Assembly: GCF_036321535.1 (NCBI RefSeq)
Contig: NC_087436.1
Location: 87,298,001 to 87,362,000, forward strand
Source of the DNA: Camelus dromedarius
Taxonomy: Eukaryota
Reading direction: 5' to 3'
DNA length: 64,000 nt
Numbering within the stretch: the stretch's first letter is position 1; every line of letters begins with the position of its first letter. Made by a program: the position numbers and the translations under genes. Positions 37,964-49,790 of the stretch are shown piece by piece. The notes under the pieces are model-generated. The model was not told the origin of the DNA, searched no databases, and saw only the letters and a list, made by a program, of their open reading frames with translations.

Positions 37964-38806
37964 AATAAGACTCAGGCTCCTTTGAGGGCAGATGCTTGTT
38001 TTACTTCAATGCAGTTAGGATGAGGCTGGGTCAAGGTCGGCCTGCAGCTCTGCTCATGGTTTGGTAAGAAACCCTCAACATCAGAGGTCACTGCCAGGAT
38101 GACAGAAAAGCAGCAGCCCCTGGGGAGGCGGCTAGGGGTGTGCACAGAGGTTGGCCCTGTACTTCTGTGCCAGGCAACAATAACAGAACACGTATCAAAG
38201 GCTGCAGAGGAGGGCAGAGTGCAAACCACCCGCACCCCTGAACGGACACTGGTGTGCACCCTTTTCTCCACCAGGGAAGGAGGGGTTCCAAGGCCTTTTA
38301 ACCCTCTCTCTGCTGGTGTCCAGGGTGGCCTTTTGTGTTCTCCATCTTGATGCTGAATCTGAAACTGCTCTCTTTTCCCAAGCACGTAAAAGTGTCTGGA
38401 AATCCTGAAAGCGATTTTGCATTTTCAGCTACTGTTGTCAGGAAGGAGCAATCTGCTGGAGGTGTTCTGTGGGTCCTCAGTTAACCCACTCTGACGGCAG
38501 CTGCCTCTCCCACTAGCCCCTAGAAAAGAAAGGGCGGGCGGCTCTGTGAAAATCATTCCTGGTGTTTTCAGTGTGTTTGTGCTCAGCAGACTTGCTGATA
38601 TGGGATGGGACCCTCCTGGGTCAGGGAGTGCGAGGTCCCTCTGGGAGAAAGCAGGACAGCCTCCTCCATCAGACTCCATTGGTCTTGACCTGACCGTGTC
38701 CACACTGTTTAAGAATAATAACAATGTAATTGTCATGTGTCCTTCTGGACTTTATCTGAGGAAAAGAGGTGGAGTTAAAAGTAGGTTATTTTGAAACAGG
38801 AAGCTC

Positions 38807-39019
38807 TCTCTATATAAATAGATGAACAACAAGGTCTTACTGTATAGCACAGGGAACTATATTCAATATCTTGCAATAGCTTATAATGAAAGACAATATG
38901 AATAGGAATATATATATATGTGTGTCTGTGTGTATGTAAAACTGAATCACTATGTTGTACACCAGAAAGTAACACAACATTGTAAACCAACTATACTTCA
39001 ATTAAAAAAAAGAAAACAC
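38807..39019 (+). mobile_element. Truncated L1 3' tail with TSD
   Basis: ACAACAAGGTCTTACTGTATAGCACAGGGAACTATATTCAATATC...AACTATACTTCAATTAAAAAAAA; CAGGAAGCTC at 38797-38806 and 39020-39029. Confidence 0.9.
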
Positions 39020-39159
39020 CAGGAAGCTCCTTTTGATCAAAGGTTATCAGCCCATTATATTCCATTTGTATAAAACATTTCTCCAGAGGGCTCTGGTGAG
39101 CATGGGGGTCTGTGCAGTGTGTCCTGAAGCTCTGCAAGGTCCAGAATGAACCTGCTGTT

Positions 39160-39480
39160 CGCACAGTCCAATACAGCAACCACCAGCATACGGCTTCTGA
39201 GAATTTGAAACGTGGCTGGTCAGTGCTGAGAGGTGCTGTAAGTGTACAATCCACACCGGCTTTCCAAGACTTAGTGCAGAAAAAGAACATGAAAGATCTC
39301 ATACATAACTTTTTATCGATTACTTGGTAAGAAAATATATTTGATATATGGGTTAAATATTAAAATATTATGAGAATTAATTTCACTTATTTCTTTTTAC
39401 CTTTCAAAAATGTTCTAGCAGCCTCTTAAAAATTATGTCCATGGCTTCGCCTTTGTGACTCACGTCTAGTGCACAGTGCT
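39160..39480. mobile_element. MER33-like hAT-Charlie element
   Basis: GTCCAATACAGCAACCAC...TTGAAACGTGGCTGGT...TGCTGTAAGTGTA...AAGACTTAGT...AATTAATTTCAC. Confidence 0.8.
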
Positions 39481-39987
39481 TGTCCAAATCATTGTACAGG
39501 TGTTTCTTCTTAAAGGTTGCTTGCGTGTTCTTTTTATAAGCTGTCTTCCTATTAAAAGTTTAGTCCTGCCTTCCAGAAATTGATAACCAACACCTCATTC
39601 AGATACTTTCTCTTTCCTTGATTGCTTTATGCTTGGTTCAGATGACTTAGCAATTTGCTACCAAATACTAAAATATAGATTTGAGTCTCTTTGCTTCTCT
39701 TCATCTATTTCTAGTTCTATTTCTTTAATTTTTCTTTTTCTTCATCTCTAAGCGAGGGTGTTGGAAGTGATGTAACCCCAAGGGCTCCTTTTATTTTATG
39801 ATTGTTTTAAAGTTTGAGGCCTTAAGAGGAGGAGGAAAATCTCGATTACTCTTGGAGAGTCTTGACATTTGAGGTGTGATAGAGTTTTCCGAAGATAAAA
39901 TCTTTTTTCTGAGTTTATTCCTGCTGAGCCAGAGGCCTGGAATCAGTGCCCGTGGAGAGGCCAAGCCCAGCAGACGAGGAGGGGCTA

Positions 39988-40020
39988 TGCTGCCTCCTAC
40001 CGGACTAGCGGGGAACTGCA
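39988..40020 (-). promoter_or_regulatory. CTCF site with core plus upstream (ZF9-11) module
   Basis: Minus strand TGCAGTTCC-CCGCT-AGTCCGGTAGGAGGCAGCA, within a locally GC- and CpG-richer non-repeat patch (~39.9-40.4 kb). Confidence 0.7.
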
Positions 40021-40794
40021 AGTCTACAGAGGTGCCCTGGGGCAGTGGCGGCTGTGCGGGTCCCGCCCAGAGCGAGGCCAAGAGCCCAGGTGGCAGACAC
40101 AGTGTCGGATCCCAACAGCTCCCCTATCGTGCTTGCCTGGTCTGTCCCAAATGTTTTTCAAGGCTCTAACCTTTGATGCAAATAGGAGCTGACGGCTCCC
40201 TTCTGGTACAGCGCTCACTGTAAGGGTCTCCGTGATCTGGGCGACGGAGCTGCAAGGATGTGGATGCAGGGTCCACTCCTTCACGCTCCAGCCCCAAGGA
40301 GACCGCAGGCCCCTGGGGAGGAGCCTGACCGGCCAGGAGAAGCCAGAGGTTAGTCCAGGATTCTTCTGTGCGGAAGGGCCAGTCAGCAGGCCCAGAGCGG
40401 AGAATTGGTGCTTCCTGTGCTGAGGCCGAGCTTCCCAGAATTCTGGGGATTTTGCCAGAGCCCAGCTGGTTCTCGGACAGGATTATTGGATTTCTTGGGG
40501 GTGGGGTAGTGGGGCTATCAGAGGTCCCTTCTAACAGCTGTGCAGCCTGGGCCGGCTTGTTGCCTGCCAGTCTCTGCTCTAGATTTATGAACGATGCGAG
40601 GAAACAAGCTAAAACCATAATCTCTGTTGTCCTACCAATGTCTCTAAGGCTTCTGAGATGGACTGTGTTTTTCCAGGCACCATTTACTTCACATGTCACT
40701 GCCAGATGCCAGGGGAGGGCTGGTGTTAAGAGGGTTATAAATATTTAAATTGAGGTTTTCCAGGAGCAATGGCCTCAGAGCAGAGTTAGAATGA

Positions 40795-41310
40795 CAACTG
40801 TATTTGTTCATTTATTTACTGAGCACCTACGACAGGGTCAGGTACTGTTGGTGGAGCTAGGGATACACTTCTGATAAACCAGACAAAAATCCCTGCCCCC
40901 GTGGGGCTTTCACTCTATTGGCCAGACAATAAACAAAACCATTTAGTGCAAGACATCTTATGGCAGGTGATGATATATATTGAGAGAAAAATGAGGCAGG
41001 GAATGGAAATAGGAAGTGTCCCAGGAGGTGGGCAGCTTTGCATTTGTAAAGGGTGGCCAGAAAAGGCTTCACAGGGAAAGTGACACTTGAGCAGAGTCTT
41101 GCGGAAAGTGAGGGAGCAGCCATGCAGCTGTTTGGAGAAAGAATCTTCCGGGCAGCAGGAATGTCTAGTGTAAACTCCCCGAGATGCAGCAGGAAAAGCC
41201 AGGAAGCCCATGTGGCTGAGGGAAGAGGGCAATGGGACCACAGTCGGAGATAAAGTGAATGGCCAGAGGGAGGGCGGGCAAATCACATAGGGCTTTGGAG
41301 TCCATAAAAG
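40795..41310 (-). mobile_element. L2 3' fragment
   Basis: TATTTACTGAGCACCTAC...ACAAAAATCCCTGCCCCCGTGG...AGTGACACTTGAGCAGAG...AAATCACATAGGGCTTTG. Confidence 0.8.
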
Positions 41311-41609
41311 ACTTTACTGAGGTATAATTGACAAAATCATAAGATATTTCAAGTATACAAGGTGATGATTTGATATACGTAAACACTGTGAAAAGATTTC
41401 TGCCATTGAGTTAATTGACTGGTACAGCCACCATGGAAAACAGTACAGAGGCTCCTCAAGAAATTAAACATAGAACCACCATACGATTCAGCAATCCCAC
41501 TTCTACATACACATCCAAAGGGGAAAAAAAATCATTATGTCAAAGAGCTATGTGCGCTCTCATATTCACAGCAGTATCATTCCTAATAACCAAGGCATGG
41601 AAACAACTA
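41311..41609. mobile_element. L1 fragment with internal inversion
   Basis: Antisense 3' UTR (41311-41415) joined directly to a sense ORF2 piece (ATMENS...AIPLL...MFTA...AKAWKQ-like, 41416-41609). Confidence 0.75.
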
Positions 41610-41610
41610 G

Positions 41611-42400
41611 TGAGTAAATCCTTGCCCACTGACTAAGAATTCTCAATAGAGTCAGAGGGACACAGTGAAAGAAAGAGATGTTTTCACTGCTGAGAGAGAG
41701 AAGAGAAAACACTAGAGCAGGGAGCCGTCAAGCAGATAGCCAGTGGGGACACTTCAGCCCTGGACCAGGCCTCAGGGTCTTTTATTGAAGGTTCTGTCAT
41801 CATTATCTTCATTCTGGTGGTGCTGAGCATCCTCTGTTACTGCTCTTTTCTCCTGTGGAGCTCAGCCCTAAAACAGAAGCTTCAGGGGGAGAAAGAGACA
41901 GTGGGGTATGTCCTTCGGATTGATGCAGCAGTTGTGGGACAGAAAATACCTTGCAGTATGGCTATGTCCTTGGAACCAAGGAGCCAGCTGGGGGATAAGA
42001 GAAAGGTCCTGCCTTTCTTTCCCTTGGTAATCAGCTGGAGTCATTTAACCTGCCTTATCATCTCCTTTACAGTCACACCCTCTAGTCAAGCAGCTGTTAC
42101 AGTTTTTGCTTTCTTCTCCTTAACACTAGGACCCAGCTATGGGGTTGGACCAGAGAGGAGCCACCCCTCCTCTCTAGTCACTGCAGATGCTTCACTGGGC
42201 CCAGTTGCTTTTATTCATCTTCTTTCCCCAGAACAAGTTCTCCTGGGAGGCCTTCCATCCTCCTGCTCGTCAATATTTGGCAGACCCACCCCACCAATTT
42301 GCCAAATGCGCCCAGACATGCTTGGCTCTCATTTAGACCCCAGCTGGAACCTATAGGTCTGGAGAATAAGTTTCTTCTTTCCACTTTGACTTCAGTCAAC
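41611..42400 (-). mobile_element. Possible unclassified LTR
   Basis: Truncates the L1 piece, starts TG, has an LTR-like U5 and a minus-strand TATA/AATAAA-like motif at ~41779; right boundary uncertain. Confidence 0.35.
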
Positions 42401-42779
42401 GACATTAATATTGGTCTTGAGTAAAACTACTACTTTTGTGTGGAAAAAATATCCTCCCTCTGAGATGGATGTGGTCACAATTAACTAAGCTATGTGTGAT
42501 AATTGGGTTGTTTATTTAGTCTCCATATTCCAATCAATATCTTTTCAAAAATAGTTTCTGAGTGTCCTGGCGTTGCCCATAAGAGAAGTCAAGATATCCC
42601 TGTGATGGGCATCACTCATTGTCCATCTAGGCAGGCACCTGAAGATAAAGTCCTGGTCCAGGCCCTGCACTGTTGGTGTGTGGACGATGCGGAGGGTCTG
42701 AAGTATGCTTCTGATTAGAGTACACCGAGATCCAGCAAAAACTTTGTCAGGTGTCTTTGTCAGATAAGTGCTTTTTATT

Positions 42780-43715
42780 AAAAAACTGGTGGGGGTGCGG
42801 AAGTGCTGTTAAATTTACTAAAACATAAAACTTTTTCCATGAAAAACATTTTGTTACTTATAAAATTTAATAGAGTTAAGAGTGATATATGAGTAACAAC
42901 AAGAATTTGCAAACTGAAAGAAGTTTTTGTAGTGCCATATTTTTATGTGATACAATACATAATTATAATTAATGTGATAACTTGATTGATCACAAGATTT
43001 TTCTGGCTTACATCGCTGGCAATTCACTTATTAGTTCATGAAAATTTATCCCTTTAGCAACTTAATTTTCAACTGCTATCACTGAAAGAGGCATCATTTG
43101 CTCTTGGAAAATGCAGGATTGCAAATAATTTTTGTTCAGTTTTAATTTTGAGAAAGATTTTATGCTGACACAACTGTTACTGGAGTTATTAAGATTACAG
43201 TTTGTAACAACACTGGGATACATTTTGATAAATTATTTGAAAATGTAAATTTTTGTACATCTATGATTCGCACAGAACAATTTTTTAAAAAGATTTAACT
43301 CTTCATACAAGCCTGCTCTGTGTAAGTCTGAATTTAATATTAAGTATAAATTTATATAATAATATTTTAATGTTTCCTCTGACAGTGCTTGTAACTTGTA
43401 GAAGCAGCTCAAGAAACTGAATATGGCTTCATGAATTGTATATGTTTCAAAATGCCCTTTTATCTACTTTATTGCTGTATCTTACAGAGAAATTAATTTT
43501 AAATTTGTCTTCCTTAGTAATAAGTGGTTCATCTGAAGTTTCATGTGAAAACGGTGCTCTTTTCCACTAAATGTGATGATCTTTAAATTTTAATTTCTAA
43601 GCTTGTAAATATTTGCAATGTTGCATCAACTTTCAAAACTGGACATTCTTCTCTGAAGACTTATAATAACTCCATGATGCTTTATTGCAATGTCCATGTG
43701 TATTTGGCAGTTTCG
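42780..43715 (-). mobile_element. hAT-Tip100 (Zaphod-like) transposase fossil
   Basis: Minus strand 43223-42998 translates, across frameshifts and stops, to MYPSVV..ILITPVTVVSA*..SFSKLKLNKNYLQSCIFQEQMMPLSVIAVEN, the hAT C-terminal dimerisation motif. Confidence 0.85.
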
Positions 43716-43739
43716 TAGTAATTTCCTGCACACTTAGCT

Positions 43740-44060
43740 CTTTTCTTCTTCTTTTAGGATTTAATTCAAACATCTTCTCAGTGAGGGTTTCCCTGACACC
43801 CAGTGTAAACCACGCCCCTTCCCCCCAGCACTCTCTGTCCCCTAAACATGTTTGCTTCACCGTAACGCTGTCATCATCAGGCATCCTAAGTATTTACTTT
43901 TTGTTTATTATTGTTCCTTTTTTGTTTGTTGCCTGTCTGTCCCTTTTAGACTGTAGGATCTAAGGGAGTGAGTCTTACGTCTTACTCACTATTCTCAGCG
44001 CCTAGAATTGGACCTAGCCCAGAGTAGGCACTCAGTAAATACTTAGGTGATGAGTGAGGT
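43740..44060 (+). mobile_element. L2 3' end
   Basis: CATCTTCTCAGTGAGGGTTTCCCTGAC...TAGACTGTAGGATCT...GCGCCTAGAA...AGTAGGCACTCAGTAAATA. Confidence 0.8.
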
Positions 44061-44156
44061 AGGATTCTTCAGCTTGGCTAGACTTGTTAAGTGTGCGCTG
44101 ATTTCTAGGAAGGATGATGCAAGTCAAGCACAAACCATTGTGCTTTCAGGCTAAGG

Positions 44157-45503
44157 CGGCATTTTGTAAAGTGTGGTCTGTGGACCTATGGGGGTCCCAG
44201 AGACTTTTTTTTTTAACTGTGTTAATGTTTGGACTGATAGTTCAGAAACAATGCTAGGTAAAACTGCTAACGATGCAGCAAAAATGAAAGCAGTTACACC
44301 AAACTGTACTGTCACCTGATGCCTAATTCACTATCATGTACCCATAGAAAAAAGAATTACCAGCTTCACTTAAGAATGTCCTTAGGGGGAAGGTATAGCT
44401 CAAGTGGTAGAGCGCATACTTAGCATGCATGAAGTCCTGGGTTCAATCCCCAGTACCTCCTCCAAGAATGAATACATGAATAATTACCTCCCCCCACCAA
44501 AAAAAAAAAAAAGAATGTCCTTGATGTAAAAACTGACTATATTAAATCTCAACCCTCGAGTAAACAGCTTTTTGACATTTGGTGTTACAAAATGAGATGT
44601 GTGCATAAAAAGCCCTTTTGCCGCATGCCAAGGTATGATGGTTGTCCCCAGGAAAAGCCCTCGTGAGATTGAGTTGCAAGCTGAACTAGCCACTTTTTTT
44701 AGGGAAAAACTTTTTTTAAATGAATGACTGACATGGAAACTATGGTTATTTAGATTTGAATGTTTGGTGGACATTTTCTAGAAAATGAATAAAATGAGAC
44801 TGTTATTTCAAGAAAAATCACTAACAGCATCTGTTGCCAGTTATAAAATTTGAGTTTTCAAGTGGAAATTAGAATTTGACAGCTTTTCAATACTTGAAGA
44901 CTGTGTGATAAGATCAGTGGTATATTATTGAAATATATACACACACAGACTTTTCAGATGTTGACATATTTCATTTTTTTATATAATATTGATATTACAT
45001 AAAAGTGATATTATATATAAAATGAAATGTGTCAACAATCTGTAAGATCTGCATAACTCAGCGAACCAATATTCTCTAAATGACCAATGCGTGCTGTTAT
45101 ACAACTCTGCATGGGAAAAGATCCACTCACACTATAAAATGGACCAAAGGGTTTTAATATAACCAAGTGTGGAAAATTAATTAATCTGGTTTAATCCACA
45201 CTGAAATTACCCTTTAAGAAACTGCCATTTGTCAAGTTTTGATGCGCTATCAAGAAAGAATATCCACAATCATCTGAAAAGGCTATCGAACTATTTCTCC
45301 CTTTTCCAACCATACATATGTATGAAGATGGGTTTTCTTTGTATATGTAAACTAAAACAATGTAATGCAATGTACTGAACTCAGCAAGTAGTTATGAGCA
45401 TCCAGCTGTCTTTTATTAAGCATGACATAAAACAGATGTGCAAAAATGTCGAGCAATGACACTGTTCTCACTAAATTTGTTTTGGAAAATATAGTTATTT
45501 CTC
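44157..45503 (+). mobile_element. Charlie1-like hAT DNA transposon fossil
   Basis: 44612-44671 translates ALLPHAKV*WLSPGKALVRL (compare Charlie/Buster LLLHTEVRWLSRGK); terminal-region motifs AAAGTGTGGTCTGTGGACC and CCAGCTGTCTTTTATTAAG...GGAAAATATAGTTATTT. Confidence 0.9.
44385..44510 (+). mobile_element. Vic-1-like SINE, long form, with perfect 12-bp TSD
   Basis: AAGAATGTCCTT at 44372-44383 and 44511-44522; A box, B box and poly(A) tail intact. Confidence 0.95.
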
Positions 45504-45504
45504 T

Positions 45505-48500
45505 AAACAGCTTTATTAAGGTATAATTGAAGTACGATAAACTACCCATGTTTAAAGGGTACAGTGTGATAAATTTTGACATATGAGCATGTTTATGAAG
45601 CCATCACCCCAATTAAGATAATGGATATATCCTCCACTCTCCAAAGTTTCCTTATGTTCCTTTTTAATTCTTGCCTCCCTCATTTTCCTGCCTCCCTCGT
45701 TTCTAGCAACCACTGATCTTCTCTTTGTCATCCTGTTTTAGTTCGCATTTTCTAGAATTTTATATAGATGGAATCATAGAGCATGTACACTTTTTTGTCT
45801 GCCTTGCGATTCACCTGTGTTTTTGCATGTAGCAAAAGCTCATTCATTTTTATTGTTGAGTATTCTTCCATTGTATGGATATAGCATAATTTGTTTTTCT
45901 ACTCACCCGTTGTCATGGTGTGAATGCTTGTTTTCCCCCTAAAATTTATACTTTGAAAGGTAAGGCCCAAGTGATGAATTAGGAAGTGGGGCCTTGGGGA
46001 AGTGATCAGGTTATGAGGACAGAGGCCTCATGGATAGGATGAGTGCCTTTATAAGAAGAGGCCCCAGAGAGCTTGCCTGCCTCTTCTGTCAATGTGAGGA
46101 TACAGTAGAAAGCCTGCAGCCCAGAAGAGGCCCTCTGATCTCAGACTGCCAGCCTCCAACTGTGAGAGATAAATTTCTGTTATTTATAAGCTAGTCAGTT
46201 GTGGTATTTTGTTATAGCAGCCTGAACAGACTAAGGTGCTTGTTGATGGGCATTTGGATTGTTTTCAGGTTGTGATTATGATAAATACAAATAAGGCTGC
46301 TGAGGACATTTATGTATGTCTCTGTATGGACATAATCTTTCATTTCTCTTTGATAAATGCCTAAGAGAGAAATGCCTGGGTTATGTGCTAGGTGTATGTT
46401 CAGCATTTTTAGAAACTGCCAAAGAGGTTTCCAGAGTACTTACACCATTACATTTAGGTCTGTGATACATTTTGAGTTAACTTTTATATATGGGATGCTC
46501 TGGAATTGACTGTTTTACACACGAATATACCATCTTTCCAGCACTGTTTGTTGAAAAGACTATCCTTTCACTACTGACGTGTCCTTACATCTTCGTTGAA
46601 AATTAATTGACCATATATGGGTAGGTCTATTTCTGGACTCTTTATTCTGTTCTCTTGATGTATTTGCCCATCTTGACAGCCAATATCACACTGTCTTGGT
46701 TTATAATAAGTCTTAAAGACAGGTCTTCAACTTCTCCTTTTTCAAAAGTGTTTTGGCTATTTTAGGCTCTTTGTATTTCCATACAAATTTTACAATCCTC
46801 TTGTTAACTTCTCTAAAAAACCCTCTTGAGATTTTGTGCTGGGATTGTGCCAAATCTGTAGGTTGATTTGCAGAGAATTAATATCTTAGCAATATTGAGT
46901 CTTCTGATCCAAGAACACTGTGTATCTCTCCATTTATTTGTATATTTAATTTTTCTTAGCATTTCCTTAAGTATTTGATAGAATTCCCTAGTGAGGCTAT
47001 TTGGGTCTGGGGTTTTACTTGTGAGAAAGTTGAACTACAAGTTCAGTTTTTTTTTAATATATACAGAATATATTATAATATATATATATTCTTTTTAAGC
47101 ATTGGTAATTTGTGTCTTTTAAGAATTAGTCCGTTTCATCTTAGTTGTTGAACTTTTGTTGTAAAGTTATTCATAATTTTCTCTTATTCTAGAATTCTAG
47201 TAATGATGTCATCCTGCCCATTCCTCATCCTGATGATTTGTGTCTTTTCCCTTTTTTCCCTAAGTCTGGCTAAAAGTTTGTCAATTTTATTGATCCTCTC
47301 AAAAAATCACCTTTTGTTTTCATTCATTTTATAAGTGTTTTTCTATTGTCTAGTTCATTAATTTTTTTAGTTCATTCATTTTTATTCCAGCTTTATGATA
47401 TTTTACTTAAGGATAAGATATGCCAGTAGTTTCCCACTAACATTTTATCTATTTTAAAGTATACAGTTCAGTTGTTTTTAGGATATTTACAATGTTGTGC
47501 AACCATTACCACTTTTTCCAGAATATTTCCATCACCCCAAAAGAAACCTCTTACCAATAAAAGTCACTTCCTGCTTCCCTCATCCTCCAGTCCCGGACAA
47601 TTATCAGTTTACTTTCTGTCCCTATGAGTTTGTCTGTTCTTCACATTTCATATAAATGGAATCATACATATGGTTTCTTTTACTTATCATGATGTTTTCT
47701 GGTCTCATTTATGTTGTAGCATGTATTACAAATTCATTTTTTGTAATTGAATAATATTCCATTGTATGGACGTACTGCATTTCACTTATCCATTCATCAG
47801 TTAATGGAAATTGTGTTGTTTACACCTGTTGGCTATTGGGAATAATGCTGCGTTGGATATAAGTATACAAGTTTTGTGTAACCCATGTTTTCAGCTCTCT
47901 TTGGTATGTACCTACAGGAGGAATTGCTGTGTCATATGAAGCCTATGTTTAACCCTTTGAGGAACCATCAATTTGTTTTCCATAATTGAGTATTTGTCTT
48001 TTTGTTTTTGCATTGGAAGGATTTTTTCAAAATATATTCTGAATACTAGATCTTTATCAGATATATGATTTGTAATTATTTTTTCACATTCTGTGTGTTG
48101 TCTTTCCACTTAACTGATGTATGCTTTGAGATATGAAAGTTTTAAATTCTGATGAAATCCAGTTTATGTATATTTCCTTTTTGTTGCTCACATTCTTGGT
48201 GTTGTTTCTAAGAGTCCATTGTCAAATTTGAGGACATAAATACTTATCCCTACATTTTTTCATTTATTAAGATTTTAAAATTTTCTTTTAACAATGTTTT
48301 GTAGCTTTCAGCGTACAAGGATTTCATTTCCTCAGTTAAATTTATTCTTAAGTATTTTATTCTTTTTGATGCTATTATAAATGGAAATGTGTTCTTCATT
48401 TCATGATTGTTCATTGTAATAATATAGAAATATAACTGATTTTTATATTTTGGTCTTGTATTCTGCAACTTTGATGAATTCATTTATTAGTTACAATAAT

Positions 48501-49790
48501 TTTTTACAGATTTTTAAAGGATTTTCTAAACAGTATAAGATTAAATCATCTGCAAAGAAAGAAAGCTTTACTACTTTCTTTGAATTTAAATGCTTATTAT
48601 TTCTTATTTTCTAGTTGCTCTGGCTAGAATTTCCAGTAGAGTGTTGAATAAAGGAGGCAAAAAACAGTATCCTTGTCTGTTCCTGTTCTTGGGGGGGAAT
48701 CTTCTAGTCTTTCACATTTGAATATGATGGTACCTAGAATTTTTCATAGGTGTCCTTTATCATGTTGAAGTTCCCTTCTAATCCTATTTTGTTGAGTGCT
48801 TTTATCATGACAGGGTATTGGATTTTGTCAAATGCTTTTCTGCATCAGTTGAAGTGATCATGTGGTTATTTTTTCATTCTATCAATGCTGTGTATTACAC
48901 TGATTTACTTTCATGTGTTTAATCAACCATGCATTCTTGGGATAAATCTCACTTGATCATAGTATATTTTTCTGTTGCTTGATTTGGTTTGCTAGTATTT
49001 TGGTGAGAATTTTTGCATTGATATTTTTAAAAGATACTGGTTTATAATTTTTTTCTTGTGATGTCTTTGTCTAGTTTGGTATCAAAGAAATACTGGCCTC
49101 ATAGAATGAGTTAGGAAGTGTTCCCTCCTCTCTATTTTTCTGAAGGGTTTGAGAGGGATTGGTATTAAACATTTGATAAAATTCACCATTGAAGCTATCT
49201 GGTTTTGAATTTTTCTTGATGGAAGTTTTTTTGCTGATTGATTCAGCTTTATTACTAGTTATATGTTGACTCAGATTTTCTGTTTCTACTTTGAGTCAGG
49301 TTTGGTAGCTTGTATATTTCTAGGAACTTGTTCAGTTCATCTAGGTCATCAAACTAGGTCATAAAATTGCCTGGAGTATTTTCTTGTAATCACTTTTATT
49401 TCTGTTGCTTTGGGTTTAGTTTGCTTTTTTTTTTTTCCCCTAGATCTTTCAGGTGGAAGGCTATGTTAGAGATTTGAGGATTTTTTTAGCATGTTTGTAG
49501 CTATAAATTTCCCTCTGAGCACTGTTTTTGCTGTATCTCACAAGTTTTGGTATGTTGTGTTTTAGTTTTCATGAGTCTCTCGAAGTGTTTTCTAACTTCC
49601 CTTGTGTTTTCTTCTTTGTTTAAGAGTGTGTTGTTTCATTTCCACACATTAGTGAATAATCCAGATTTCCTTCTTTTATTGATTTCTAATTTCATTCCAC
49701 TGTGGTTGGAAAAGATACTTTATACAACATCAGTCTTTTAAAATTTATTGAGACTTCTTTTGTGGTCTAACATGTGGTCTATCTTAGAGA
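45505..49790 (-). mobile_element. Cluster of old L1M fragments (3' UTR and ORF2), with a nested L1MB-type piece at ~47440-47990
   Basis: Continuous antisense L1 motifs; minus-strand remnants such as PFIIASKRIKYLRINLT and SKIDHML. Confidence 0.9.
45911..46238 (+). mobile_element. MLT1A-like LTR nested in L1
   Basis: TTAGGAAGTGGGGCCTTGGGAAGTGATCAGG...GTATTTTGTTATAGCAGCCTGAACAGACTAAG; host L1 resumes after degenerate 5-bp flanks CCCGT/CTTGT. Confidence 0.85.

Noticed and set aside
40084..40100. Additional CTCF-like motifs (also ~1632 and ~58386)
   Set aside because: Each mismatches several high-information core positions.
40166..40699. 177-aa minus-strand ORF and overlapping ORFs at 39.8-40.7 kb
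   Set aside because: GC-rich sequence with overlapping ORFs on both strands, no recognisable domain and no exon structure; expected by chance.
44385..44460. tRNA-Ala(AGC) gene (also 8937, 11313, 11541, 15570)
   Set aside because: Flanked by TSD and poly(A), carries a SINE-specific 3' extension and has stem mismatches; these are SINE copies rather than tRNA genes.
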